Shown here: positions 37,232-46,593 of the stretch, in pieces | Position numbering within the stretch: position 1 is the stretch's first letter | Layout of the letters: the number at the start of each line of letters is the position of its first letter | From: a virus | Taxonomy: Duplodnaviria > Caudoviricetes | Virus record (IMG/VR): IMGVR_UViG_3300023174_000004 | Coordinates: 1-62,438 of that record | Length of the DNA stretch: 62,438 nucleotides | Direction: 5' to 3' (one strand) | Position numbers and translations under genes: made by a program | The notes under the pieces: generated by a model | Told to the model about the DNA's origin: nothing | What the model saw: the letters and a program-made list of their open reading frames with translations, nothing else | Database searches by the model: none

Positions 37232-39374
37232 AATAATTCATAAAATCTTGCTGTGAGTTTTGGTCACTCTCTTTACCCAAGACTTGCGACAGTAACTTTG
37301 TAACGTCATTTTCCTCTGATCCGTCTTGTAGTGCAAGGGGAGATGCCGTTTGAGGTTTAGCCCCACCTAGCAGGGGGTTCTTTTGCACCAACTGCCCTTG
37401 TTCATCTAGTTTTTGGGGCGTACTAGAAAAGTCTTTCCCGCCATAGAACACTTTAGCCAGTTCAGGCATAACCGTCTGATAGGTTACCGGAGTTTGTTGC
37501 TGCCCCATGATTGCGGCAAGAGGGTCAGTTGACGTTGGCGTTGTAGTTGGCGTTGTGGTTGTGGGTTTTTTGGTTGGTAACTTGACAGACGGAATTACGC
37601 CGCTTGGAAGTTTTGGTAGCCTTATATTGCCTGTTTTTTCATCAGTCAACCCAGCCCAAGATGTGTCTGTGGCCTCTGTAACACCAGTGATATTACCGTC
37701 ACCGTCAAGCGTCAGCGTAGAACCATCATCACTTGTATACGTGTAGGTTCCAGATGTGGGATCGTACTTGTACGCGCCCATCCCAGAAGAGTCTTTGTCA
37801 TAGAAACCTGTGTTTGTATCTACGGGTCCTAAGTCTTGAACGCCCCCACCGGGCAGGTCTTTGCCAAAGTCCGCAACACGTTTGGCCTGTTCTTCGGCTT
37901 CTTTGGCTTCTTGTGCCGCTCGAGCGGTCTCCGCATCTATGGCTGCTTGCGCGTCTGCTTGGGCTTTAGCTTGAGCAGCGGCGGCTTCTTCCTGCGCTTT
38001 AGTTTGGGCAGCAGATTCCTCGTCCGCTTTGCGTTGAGTCTCGGCTTCTTCTGCGGCTTTTTTGTCCGTCAGGTGTGTATCGTAGGCTTCAGGCGTTGTA
38101 AATCCAGCCGCTGTTGCCGCCTTTTGCTGGGCAAGATTGTCCCAGCCCTGCTCTTGAAGAGTTGATACACTTTTAATAAATGGTTCAGCATCGGCTTGTG
38201 CAGCTTTATACGTTTGCTCTGCCGCCGCCACTACATCTGGCGTGTGGTAGTTACTAGGGTCTTGTAGCCAGCCCCATTGATTATTCAATGAGTTGTACAT
38301 GCCCATTTTTTCCCCGTATGGGTATGAAGGGTCTAGCCTGACTGCGTTATATTTATTCAATAAAGCGCCATAGGCATCGTTCTTAGCAAACCAAGCATCG
38401 TTTTTTTCTTTTAATGGCGTATAAGCGCCATAGGCATCCTGAATCTTTTGCTCATATTGTTTTAAAGCATCAATGTCTTCCGTGCTACCTTGATCTTGAA
38501 CAAAATTATTGACGGCGTTTTGCTGACCTAAATCTTTATATCCAAGTGATTTGGCTGCTTTGTCTAAACCTTTTATGGTGGCATCAAACCCCTGATTGAA
38601 CAGTTGGTAGGCGGCGTTGCTGTCTTTGTTGAATGCCGTTTTAAATGCATTGACTGTGGCTGACTGCTCTGCCTTGCTTAGCCCATCAAACCCAGGCATT
38701 TGTTTAAACGCTTCGTTTAACGCTTCGCTGGTGATTGCCCCGGTGACAATTTGAGCGCTGTTTATATCTGTATTGCCTTGGCGTGCGGCGGTGGCAAAGA
38801 TGTTCCTGGAGATGTTCCCTGCAATCGCTCCGGCTTTGGCCGATTCTGTTGCTCCGGTCACGCCCGTGCCTGCAAATGTCTCGCCCGTGGTAATGTCTGT
38901 TTGGGGGCCAACGCCAGTTACATTGTTTGCAACGTACTCACCCCCGGCAGAGATAACGTAAGCTTTAGCCCCTTCAGTGAGCCATTCTTCGGGGCTACTG
39001 TTCTTCTTGGTAACAGCCGCCGCTCCGTTGATGTATGGGATTAAATAGACCTGACCCGTTGCCACAGCCGCCGCAATAGCAATCCATTTGGCCGGGTCTG
39101 CGGCCATGTCCTTGCCAATATTGTTGACAACTTTGCCAGCAACAGAGTCAGGGTTGTATGGGTTTAGTGCGCCCAAATCTTTGGTCAGTTGACCAACTGC
39201 GGATTGAGAGTTGAGTGGGTTTAAACCACCAGCACCGGGTAGCCAAACAGTCTTCCCGCTTTGGAATGGGTTGTCTAGGCCAGGGACAATATTCCCAGGA
39301 GTCGCCGAACCAGGATCATTGAAAAATGCTGTTGTAGCCCCGGCGGGGTCTTGGAAAAATCCCATATCAACCAA
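37218..39374 (-). CDS. Putative internal virion protein (718 aa)
   Basis: Ala/Gly-rich helical ORF in the structural operon. Confidence 0.55.
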   Translation of the reverse strand: MVDMGFFQDPAGATTAFFNDPGSATPGNIVPGLDNPFQSGKTVWLPGAGGLNPLNSQSAVGQLTKDLGALNPYNPDSVAGKVVNNIGKDMAADPAKWIAIAAAVATGQVYLIPYINGAAAVTKKNSSPEEWLTEGAKAYVISAGGEYVANNVTGVGPQTDITTGETFAGTGVTGATESAKAGAIAGNISRNIFATAARQGNTDINSAQIVTGAITSEALNEAFKQMPGFDGLSKAEQSATVNAFKTAFNKDSNAAYQLFNQGFDATIKGLDKAAKSLGYKDLGQQNAVNNFVQDQGSTEDIDALKQYEQKIQDAYGAYTPLKEKNDAWFAKNDAYGALLNKYNAVRLDPSYPYGEKMGMYNSLNNQWGWLQDPSNYHTPDVVAAAEQTYKAAQADAEPFIKSVSTLQEQGWDNLAQQKAATAAGFTTPEAYDTHLTDKKAAEEAETQRKADEESAAQTKAQEEAAAAQAKAQADAQAAIDAETARAAQEAKEAEEQAKRVADFGKDLPGGGVQDLGPVDTNTGFYDKDSSGMGAYKYDPTSGTYTYTSDDGSTLTLDGDGNITGVTEATDTSWAGLTDEKTGNIRLPKLPSGVIPSVKLPTKKPTTTTPTTTPTSTDPLAAIMGQQQTPVTYQTVMPELAKVFYGGKDFSSTPQKLDEQGQLVQKNPLLGGAKPQTASPLALQDGSEENDVTKLLSQVLGKESDQNSQQDFMNYFGRN

Positions 39375-39690
39375 CCTTCCAATTTGTGCCGTCTGAATAC
39401 ACAGGGGTGGCTACAGCGCCACCTGTCACTACCGTTGCTCCAAACACTGGAGCCAGAGCATCAGACACAAATGTCCTAGCGCCCTTGCCGCTGGTTACCG
39501 CGCTGGGCAGGGTAGCTACCGTGTAAACAGAATACAGCAGGTTGTTGTTTGTGATGAGTTGCTGGGTTGCGCTGTCAATCTGATTGAAGTACAGGCGCAA
39601 CATATTGCGAAACAAATCTTCGTTTACCTTCTCATACTCAGGGGGTACAGTTGATAGCGCAGGCGCTACAAACTTGCGAATGTCAGTCAT
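39367..39690 (-). CDS. Small virion structural protein
   Basis: LRLYFNQID...YTVATLPSA...YSDGTNW. Confidence 0.6.
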   Translation of the reverse strand: MTDIRKFVAPALSTVPPEYEKVNEDLFRNMLRLYFNQIDSATQQLITNNNLLYSVYTVATLPSAVTSGKGARTFVSDALAPVFGATVVTGGAVATPVYSDGTNWKVG

Positions 39691-41813
39691 CGTCTGCCAT
39701 CCTGACGAATGTCAATCCGTGGTGATCCAGCTTGCCACTGAACGCCCAAGGTGGTTGACCTGTACTCCATGGCTATTTGACGGCCACGCACCCTGATGTA
39801 CACCTGACCTGTAAACGCTTCAATTGGAACAGTTGCCGTGCGAGTGACAGTGGCGTTGTCTGACCCACCTAATGATGAGGGGCTGTTGTACCCAGAACCT
39901 GAGTTTTGCATGGGCTTGAGATACATGGTCATCTGGGGGTTTGCTGCGGTAGAGCCAACAAACTTCACATCAGGCAACACACGCCAGATAAACCCAAACC
40001 TGTCCCCGTCTTCCACATCAAACTCTGCGGAGGTAATGAAGGACTCCATTGCCACAGCCGTTCCAGTGGTGTTGTCATCCACCCCAACCTCATGGTCAAC
40101 CAGATTTCTCTCATAGGTGGCAGCAAGAGGGTAGTCCCTCAAACCAGAGTCCAGCCATGCTGTACGGGCCAAAGAGCCGTAGTACCAACAGCCCTGGCCT
40201 TGGTTTTCTGCGTAGTTGAAGATCACATAGCTGTCCACCGTGGTGCTTGTGCCCGAGCAGTAGAACCACCAGATTTCATTGAAGCCTTCATTTGTCCCAG
40301 CAAACACTTGATCAAACTGCTGCTTGTTGATGTCTTGGAAGACATACTGCCACAGGTCACAGTTCAGAGTCTGGGTTGTTCCCTGGTACTTGTAGAACTT
40401 GTCCACGCCCATCCAGTAGGCCACGCCGTTGGCATATGCCACTGAGTTTTCAGATGCTATGGAAACGTTGTCGCCCACAAGCTGAGAACCCCACACAACG
40501 GGCGCACCAACATATTGCAGGGAATACAAGGATGAGTCCGTCCAGACCAGCACCTCTTGACGGGCTTGCATGGCTGTAATGATCTCAGAGCCATGTGACA
40601 GGCGAAGGCTACCGGCCTGATTGGTGGCGGCAGGTGTCCAGTTCACCACAGATTCCTGATCAGACCAACGGATCAGCATGGGGTCTTGAGTGGTTGAGCC
40701 GTAGTCATTAGTTCCAAAAGCAAACACGAACCGGCTTGTATCAGACACCGTGATGTAGTTTTGGATGATTGGGCAAGCAGAAGCGCTTGCCAAACTGACG
40801 ATGTTTATGCCCCGTGGAGAGACAGAATGAGTGCCAGACTGTGTCCCGGTGGTGATAATGTTTACACCGCCAAAGGTGGCGGTCAGATTACAGGTTGCCC
40901 CAGAGGAGCCAGCCACATAGTAGACCGTGCCTACAGCCAAGCCAGTTGGCAAAGCACCCGTAGTGGTGAGTTGGATTGCTGTTCCATTGGGAATTCCGCT
41001 CAAAGAGGCAAACGTTACAACCGCAGGGTTTGCGATGGTCACTGTGAACTCTGAAGCCGCCACGCCAAGGTTGGCGTTCCAATAATAAATAGCCCCAACC
41101 CGTGGGCCAAATATTAAGTCCTGACCGAAGTTAACTTGACTCCACAACCGCATAGCATCGGTCTGTACTTGGCCGTTACCCCATGTTCCATAGCCCCAAG
41201 GGCCAGTGCCCCAGCCTGTCAGCGGAACAGTGAATGAAGGCCCAGTGTTGATTTGGTACTGGGTAACGACTGACCCACCACCGGGAGAGCCTGACGCATC
41301 TGTGGCATTGGCTGTGGCCGACACCGTGATGGTGTAACTGTTTATGTTAATGACCGTAACCTGGAATTCACCCTTTAGGACTGCGGCGGTAATGTTCCCG
41401 CCAAGGCCGGTAATACCTGCGCCACTGTAGGTGACGTAATCGCCTGTAATGCACCCGTGGGCTGTGTCAGCCACCGTAATGGTGGTGGAGCCATTTGTTG
41501 CTGTAAACGGGTTGGTCAGGGTTACCGTTTCACGGATGGGAGTGATGTCGTTGTAAACACCGCCCCGCTCAATGTAGAACTTCAGGTTTGTGCCAACACC
41601 CAGCAGGTTTAAATTGCCCAGAGTCACCCAGGCCCACAGAGAGCGGCAAAACCCAAGAAACGTGGTTGCAGAGATTTGTTGCCAGCCACCAATTTTTTCT
41701 GGCGTACCCTGGCGAAAGCGAATCTTGTCGCAGTCATACCACCCATTCTCACTGGTGTAACGTGTGTTTTCTCTGTTTACACCGGGCTTGAGTTGAATCT
41801 TTTTGAGTGGCAT
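39687..41813 (-). CDS. Tail tubular/nozzle (head-closure) protein
   Basis: W..CDKIRFRQGTPEKIGGW, IRWSDQE, beta-propeller-like, RVRGRQ C-terminus. Confidence 0.7.
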   Translation of the reverse strand: MPLKKIQLKPGVNRENTRYTSENGWYDCDKIRFRQGTPEKIGGWQQISATTFLGFCRSLWAWVTLGNLNLLGVGTNLKFYIERGGVYNDITPIRETVTLTNPFTATNGSTTITVADTAHGCITGDYVTYSGAGITGLGGNITAAVLKGEFQVTVININSYTITVSATANATDASGSPGGGSVVTQYQINTGPSFTVPLTGWGTGPWGYGTWGNGQVQTDAMRLWSQVNFGQDLIFGPRVGAIYYWNANLGVAASEFTVTIANPAVVTFASLSGIPNGTAIQLTTTGALPTGLAVGTVYYVAGSSGATCNLTATFGGVNIITTGTQSGTHSVSPRGINIVSLASASACPIIQNYITVSDTSRFVFAFGTNDYGSTTQDPMLIRWSDQESVVNWTPAATNQAGSLRLSHGSEIITAMQARQEVLVWTDSSLYSLQYVGAPVVWGSQLVGDNVSIASENSVAYANGVAYWMGVDKFYKYQGTTQTLNCDLWQYVFQDINKQQFDQVFAGTNEGFNEIWWFYCSGTSTTVDSYVIFNYAENQGQGCWYYGSLARTAWLDSGLRDYPLAATYERNLVDHEVGVDDNTTGTAVAMESFITSAEFDVEDGDRFGFIWRVLPDVKFVGSTAANPQMTMYLKPMQNSGSGYNSPSSLGGSDNATVTRTATVPIEAFTGQVYIRVRGRQIAMEYRSTTLGVQWQAGSPRIDIRQDGRR

Positions 41814-41821
41814 GGTCTACC

Positions 41822-42298
41822 TTATGACAAGAACATGGCTCGTTCATCGATACGCCGATTTTGCAGCCCTTTGAGTATTTTCCCACCAGCCATGCAATAC
41901 TTCAAGAGTTCTTCCGCAGCACCCGCTTTATCGCCCCGAAGCAGCTTCTGACGAAGCGTTGAACGCTGGAGTGTTCCAAGACCGACATTGAAACTAAAGC
42001 TAACAAGGCTATCATACATACCTTGTGTAAGGGGAACGGGGCAGAACTGAGCCACTCCACGCTCAAACCTTGCAAGATCGCTTCTGAGAATCCCATCTAC
42101 TTCATCCTTTGAAAAAACCCGGTTATCTTCTGGCCGAAGCGGGTAAGCTCCTCTTTGATCCATTGGTATCTTAGCTTGGTCTGGGTAAAGTACATGTCCA
42201 ACTCCTATTGTCCAAAGCAGGGCTGGGCACCGATACGGCTTGTATCGAATGCCCTCATGGTGACAGATGACCTTGATGGCCTCTGGGCTGAGCTTCAT
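41822..42298 (-). CDS. Endolysin, GH24 phage lysozyme
   Basis: HHEG-PYRCPA-WTIGVGH, LVSFSFNVG, GLQNRRIDE. Confidence 0.9.
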   Translation of the reverse strand: MKLSPEAIKVICHHEGIRYKPYRCPALLWTIGVGHVLYPDQAKIPMDQRGAYPLRPEDNRVFSKDEVDGILRSDLARFERGVAQFCPVPLTQGMYDSLVSFSFNVGLGTLQRSTLRQKLLRGDKAGAAEELLKYCMAGGKILKGLQNRRIDERAMFLS

Positions 42299-42810
42299 TT
42301 GCCGAACGCCCTGCCACCGAAGTGAAACGCAATAATCGAAGCGAACAGAGCCTGGGTTTCATCATCCCACAGTTGGTTTGCCATTTCCGCAAAGCTTACG
42401 CTGTTGGTGAAGCCATGCCAGATCAAGGCACAGTCAATGCCCACCAGAAGCAGGAAGAAGCCGTAGGTAATGACCGGGCGCACGCTGGCACGCAGGTTTT
42501 TCATCCAAGTGCTTGTGCCTTCATTTAAGCTAGTGTCGTGAGCGTATATGGCCTGCATCTCAGCCTGTTGAGCGCCGATCAGGGCTTGCTTCTCATTGGA
42601 TTTGGTTTCCATCTCCAGTTGCTCTGACTTGATATGCTCGACCCGCTCTTGGGCCTCAAAGCCCAGTTTTCGCATCTCCAACTCCCGCTGAATCTGAAGC
42701 TGGGCCAGGGCCATCTCATGCTTCTTGTCGCTGCGGTCTTGGAAGAACTCCAGCAACTTGGGCAAGCCACCCATCAGGAAAGAGATCAGGGTTGAAAATA
42801 GGGTCAGCAT
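42295..42810 (-). CDS. Putative holin (3TM/GTA-holin-like)
   Basis: LRASVRPVITY, FHFGGR, transmembrane segments; adjacent to the lysozyme. Confidence 0.65.
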   Translation of the reverse strand: MLTLFSTLISFLMGGLPKLLEFFQDRSDKKHEMALAQLQIQRELEMRKLGFEAQERVEHIKSEQLEMETKSNEKQALIGAQQAEMQAIYAHDTSLNEGTSTWMKNLRASVRPVITYGFFLLLVGIDCALIWHGFTNSVSFAEMANQLWDDETQALFASIIAFHFGGRAFGK

Positions 42811-43436
42811 TACTGTTTACTCCTTGAAAGCATTGTTGCCGCTATGAGCAGCAGGTTGTTAATCTTTTCCATGTCTTCAGGCTGTTCGGCCCATCCAACG
42901 GTAATCTGTCCAATGAACCTGCTGGGGTCAGGTGGAACACCCACTCTACACCCATAGGTCATTCCCTTCTCAATGTACCAAAGGCCAATCTCACTCTGCG
43001 CCTGGGTGTAGCTGCCGCAGGGTATCTCCCCCGCCATCAGCGCCACCACATCCTTGTTGTTGGCCGCATTGGATGTAAACAGCCCAATGTCCAGCCCGTC
43101 ATTAATCTTGTCCCGGCCTTCCTTTGTGTAGGCTCTGTGTAGCACCCGTGTGCCAAACATGGGGTTGACCTTGAACACTGCCACAACCACTGCCCCAGTA
43201 TGCTTGAACAGGTGTGACGCCGCATCCTCAATTCTGTCTTCTGCAATGGAGGGCATCTTCTGGTTCTCCCGGTATGCCCCCACCAACAATTCTTGGTTCT
43301 GCCAAAGAAAATACCCTGTAAACGTTACCACCCCCATCACCAGGATGGCGATTAGCTTGAATGGGCTGTCCACATAGGCCAGCACCTTGCTCAAGGTGTC
43401 ATCTGGGTTCGGCTTCTCGTTTGGCATCTTCTTCAA
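42810..43436 (-). CDS. Membrane-anchored protein in the lysis region
   Basis: N-terminal TM helix followed by a soluble domain. Confidence 0.6.
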   Translation of the reverse strand: MKKMPNEKPNPDDTLSKVLAYVDSPFKLIAILVMGVVTFTGYFLWQNQELLVGAYRENQKMPSIAEDRIEDAASHLFKHTGAVVVAVFKVNPMFGTRVLHRAYTKEGRDKINDGLDIGLFTSNAANNKDVVALMAGEIPCGSYTQAQSEIGLWYIEKGMTYGCRVGVPPDPSRFIGQITVGWAEQPEDMEKINNLLLIAATMLSRSKQ

Positions 43437-43623
43437 CCTGTTTACGCAGCTTCTCCACCTTCTCCATCTGGGCCTTGGCCTCCCGTTTCACAACCATGGT
43501 ATCCACATATAGCATCCCCACCAGAGGGATCATCAGCACAAAGACCAGTGCAAACAGTGTCAGGACAAAAAGGTATCCAAACGACCCCGATGATGAAGAC
43601 TGATCATCCACATTAGGCATATC
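43399..43623 (-). CDS. Small membrane protein (start uncertain)
   Basis: TM segment YLFVLTLFALVFVLMIPLVGML followed by a coiled coil. Confidence 0.5.
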   Translation of the reverse strand, partial: DMPNVDDQSSSSGSFGYLFVLTLFALVFVLMIPLVGMLYVDTMVVKREAKAQMEKVEKLRKQVEEDAKREAEPR

Positions 43624-44129
43624 AGGTATCCGATTACGAAAACCACCACCAGCGTTTCCAGCACCCTGTCCAATATCTGATTTTTTAACCTTTGTCGCCG
43701 CCATGCCTTCACCCGCTTTTCGTGCAACTCCCGTGCCGCCTGCTCCGATTTCTGATCCAACAGCTTTTGATACTCTTCAACAATTTCACGCCAGAGATCG
43801 GGTTGACCCATCTCCCAGCGCACCATTCTCTCAAGATCGGCATAGAACTGCTTGGTCTGCCGCAGATACATCACATTGTCTATGGCTTGTGTGGCAAGAT
43901 CGTCTTTGACCCCCTTCTTTTGATTCTCTTCACGCTGATACTGGGCCTTTTCATGGCTGGCCTCCAACTCTGCGTGGCCCTTGAAAAAACTTGAAAGGGC
44001 TGAACCAACTTCACCTGTGATCTTTGACAGATCAGACCCGGTTTTCTTCAGGTCTTGGTAAACGCTGATACAGCCCTTGATTCCTTCATATGCCCCTTTG
44101 CACAGGGCAAACGCCGTTATTGGGTCAAT
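43560..44129 (-). CDS. Coiled-coil membrane protein, probable AUU start (189 aa)
   Basis: Frame open 54 codons upstream of the tracked TTG: ATT-GAC-CCA-ATA-ACG (xDPITAFALCK) with GGAG upstream and an in-frame TGA just before. Confidence 0.65.
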   Translation of the reverse strand: MDPITAFALCKGAYEGIKGCISVYQDLKKTGSDLSKITGEVGSALSSFFKGHAELEASHEKAQYQREENQKKGVKDDLATQAIDNVMYLRQTKQFYADLERMVRWEMGQPDLWREIVEEYQKLLDQKSEQAARELHEKRVKAWRRQRLKNQILDRVLETLVVVFVIGYLICLMWMISLHHRGRLDTFLS

Positions 44130-44278
44130 GGCTGCTCCACGGTTTCAGGTGGCACTTGGGGGTCAGCCTGTTCCTTGATGTGCAACATCAAAGCCATTGC
44201 ATTGGTCTTGGCTGGGAGTTCCCCCAAAGCCCCAAGGATCATGTTTACAGCGTCAATTGGCAGTTCTAGTTTTATCAT
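44117..44278 (-). CDS. Hypothetical protein (53 aa, not in the track)
   Basis: MIKLELPIDAVNMILGALGELP...; GGAG RBS; ATGA overlap. Confidence 0.65.
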   Translation of the reverse strand: MIKLELPIDAVNMILGALGELPAKTNAMALMLHIKEQADPQVPPETVEQPLTQ

Positions 44279-45402
44279 TTGTTCTCCAAAACAGTTATAC
44301 GGGCGGTGAGTGATTGAATGATGGCTTGTTGTTCTTTGATTGCGGCGACCAACAAGGGCATTACATCTGTGTATTGCAAGCCCAGTTTTCCATTTTCGTT
44401 TTCATTAACTGCTTCTGGCAAAACTTCTTTAACATCTTGTGCAATCAAGAAAGCCCTGCGTGTTCCTTCTTCATCTGTTTTGTATTTGCCAATTACAGTT
44501 CTAAGTGTCGATATTTTTTGTGATGCGTTTTCAATCGGCTCAATAATATCTTTCATTGTTTCATCAGAAAGACCAGACCAAGCCGTAGCACCGCTTGTTA
44601 AATAAACACCTGTTGTTCCATCTTTTAATACATTAAAACCACCATTACTACCATTAGGGCCGGTATCCCATTGAACGCCACCCTTTTTAAGTTGCATTAA
44701 TGCTGATGTTGATGATGCCCCTGTCGTAGTCCCCACCAGCAAGTTACCGCTGGAGTCGATACGGGCGCGTTCTGTAACTGAAGGTGTTCCGCTTCTAAAA
44801 ATAATGTTTCCACTACCGTTTAAGTTAAAGTAACCGTCATTGGTATTGGACTGAATTTGAAAATTAGACGATGAGTTAGTTACTGTTATCGTGCAGTTAT
44901 TAGAGGAATCAGCAACGTTGAATTTAGTTGCAGGACTTGTAGTACCAACACCCAAATTCCCACTAGCATCAAGCGTCATTGCTTGGGTGAAGGTGACTGT
45001 GTTTCCTGCTGTGCCAGAGGGGGCGTTGTACCACTCATGCTGACCATTAAACTGTCTGTATCGACTTGCGTAATTGGTTGCAATATATTTGTAATCTCCA
45101 GCACTATTTACAAATGTATTTGTCTGCACATGAGCCACTTGAGCATTGTTTTGTGAACCAAAAAATGCTTCATTTATTTGCAAACCTTTATAAACACTTA
45201 TCCAAGCACTAGGCGTAACACCCAAGCCAAAGTTACCAGAGCTATCAAACCTTGCACACTCCACACCGCCTTCAGCAAAGGCAATGGTGTCAGCCGCAGG
45301 GAAGAAGATGCCTGTGTTTGCGTCCGTTCCCCTGATAGCAGGGGTTGCGGCAGAACCGTCAACATCCGACAGCCCGTCTGTTCCAGAAAGAATCAGTGAC
45401 AT
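44275..45402 (-). CDS. Tail fibre protein with C-terminal intramolecular chaperone (peptidase S74-like)
   Basis: DSSGNL repeats; SDETMKDII...FLIAQDV..VLPEAV...YTDVMPLLVAAIKEQQ. Confidence 0.85.
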   Translation of the reverse strand: MSLILSGTDGLSDVDGSAATPAIRGTDANTGIFFPAADTIAFAEGGVECARFDSSGNFGLGVTPSAWISVYKGLQINEAFFGSQNNAQVAHVQTNTFVNSAGDYKYIATNYASRYRQFNGQHEWYNAPSGTAGNTVTFTQAMTLDASGNLGVGTTSPATKFNVADSSNNCTITVTNSSSNFQIQSNTNDGYFNLNGSGNIIFRSGTPSVTERARIDSSGNLLVGTTTGASSTSALMQLKKGGVQWDTGPNGSNGGFNVLKDGTTGVYLTSGATAWSGLSDETMKDIIEPIENASQKISTLRTVIGKYKTDEEGTRRAFLIAQDVKEVLPEAVNENENGKLGLQYTDVMPLLVAAIKEQQAIIQSLTARITVLENK

Positions 45403-45404
45403 GG

Positions 45405-45653
45405 TTATGCTCCAGCTTGTTGTGCTTGTGCTTGATACGCCGCAATGACTTCAGCAGTCCAAGCCACATTGCAGATTGCAACGACATTGGCAGGGATACC
45501 CGTCAAGTCTTGACCCGGCGCAAGGCTTGAACGATGGTAGGTCTTGCTCAGTTCGTTGCCATCTTCCATGATCTTGGTGGCTTCACGGTAGAGAACAGTG
45601 CCATTCTCAGTGACGGTGATTTGATCGATTGAGGTGGTTTTGGTGATTGGCAT
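45405..45653 (-). CDS. Small tail-fibre-associated protein
   Basis: Located between fibre genes; AAGGA RBS. Confidence 0.6.
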   Translation of the reverse strand: MPITKTTSIDQITVTENGTVLYREATKIMEDGNELSKTYHRSSLAPGQDLTGIPANVVAICNVAWTAEVIAAYQAQAQQAGA

Positions 45654-45700
45654 GGTGGTTCCTTTTTAAAAGTCCATTTGTTTAATTCAATGCAGATAAT

Positions 45701-46528
45701 TTATGCTATTTCGTAACAGCCAGTAAAAATTAAAACTGTTGAATTTCCAAAAATGTTTAGTGCACTCATTGTTGCGCCAGAAGAGGCAATTCCAACGGCA
45801 GTTATTGTTGTGGAGTTACCTATGACACGAGGTGCTAAAAAAGTAGTGTTTACTGCTAGGTCTCCAAAATATCCAACGGATAAGCCTTGTTCTTGAAAAT
45901 TTGCTTTTGATGTAAATGGCAATCCTGATATTGTGGAATTTGATCCAGTCCCTAATGAAGTCAAATCAATTCTTCCAGTGATGTAAACGATGCGGCCAAT
46001 TTTTGTATAAGTACCTTGCTGTCTTCCGTAAGTTGTATTTCCTCCTAAACTAGGCGTCCAAGTCCCCTCCTCATAATCATCTAGCGTGTTTGCGTCAGTT
46101 GATGCTGATTGAGTTGCGGGGAAGGTGATGCCAGCACCAGAGGTTGAGGGGGTTGCGTTACCAACGCCAATGGTATTTATGACTTTAAGACCACCAACGG
46201 CATTAATCTGCATAACTTCAGAATTCGAAATTGCAAACTGAATGGCTCCGCTAGATCGGTTTGTTTGAATCCAGTTGTAATATGCACCATCAGCATCAAA
46301 ACCAAAACGCACATTTCCAGAAGTTGTTGTAGACGCACGAACTTCCACATCAGCACCTGCGCTTGAGATGTTCAGTTTTGTGGCAGGAGAAGCAGTACCA
46401 ATCCCCACCCTTTGTGAAGCGTCTACAGTAACCGCCGTTGTCCCAGCAGTTTGGATGTTTAACACCCCGCTGGTGTCAGCAGTCGTTACTACCCCGGCGG
46501 TAGTGGATGCGTTGATTGATGAGGCCAT
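45701..46528 (-). CDS. Tail fibre-like protein
   Basis: VGIGTASP, ANTLDDYEEGTWTP, YTKIGRIV, ISGLPF. Confidence 0.75.
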   Translation of the reverse strand: MASSINASTTAGVVTTADTSGVLNIQTAGTTAVTVDASQRVGIGTASPATKLNISSAGADVEVRASTTTSGNVRFGFDADGAYYNWIQTNRSSGAIQFAISNSEVMQINAVGGLKVINTIGVGNATPSTSGAGITFPATQSASTDANTLDDYEEGTWTPSLGGNTTYGRQQGTYTKIGRIVYITGRIDLTSLGTGSNSTISGLPFTSKANFQEQGLSVGYFGDLAVNTTFLAPRVIGNSTTITAVGIASSGATMSALNIFGNSTVLIFTGCYEIA

Positions 46529-46593
46529 TATGCGGCTCCTTTAAGTGCCGCTACATCGGCTTGCAGTTGGGTGATGAGGGCTTGTTGTTTCAT
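46528..46593 (-). pseudogene. 21-aa remnant of a fibre chaperone C-terminus (mini-ORF)
   Basis: MKQQALITQLQADVAALKGAA; TAATG overlaps at both ends. Confidence 0.55.
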
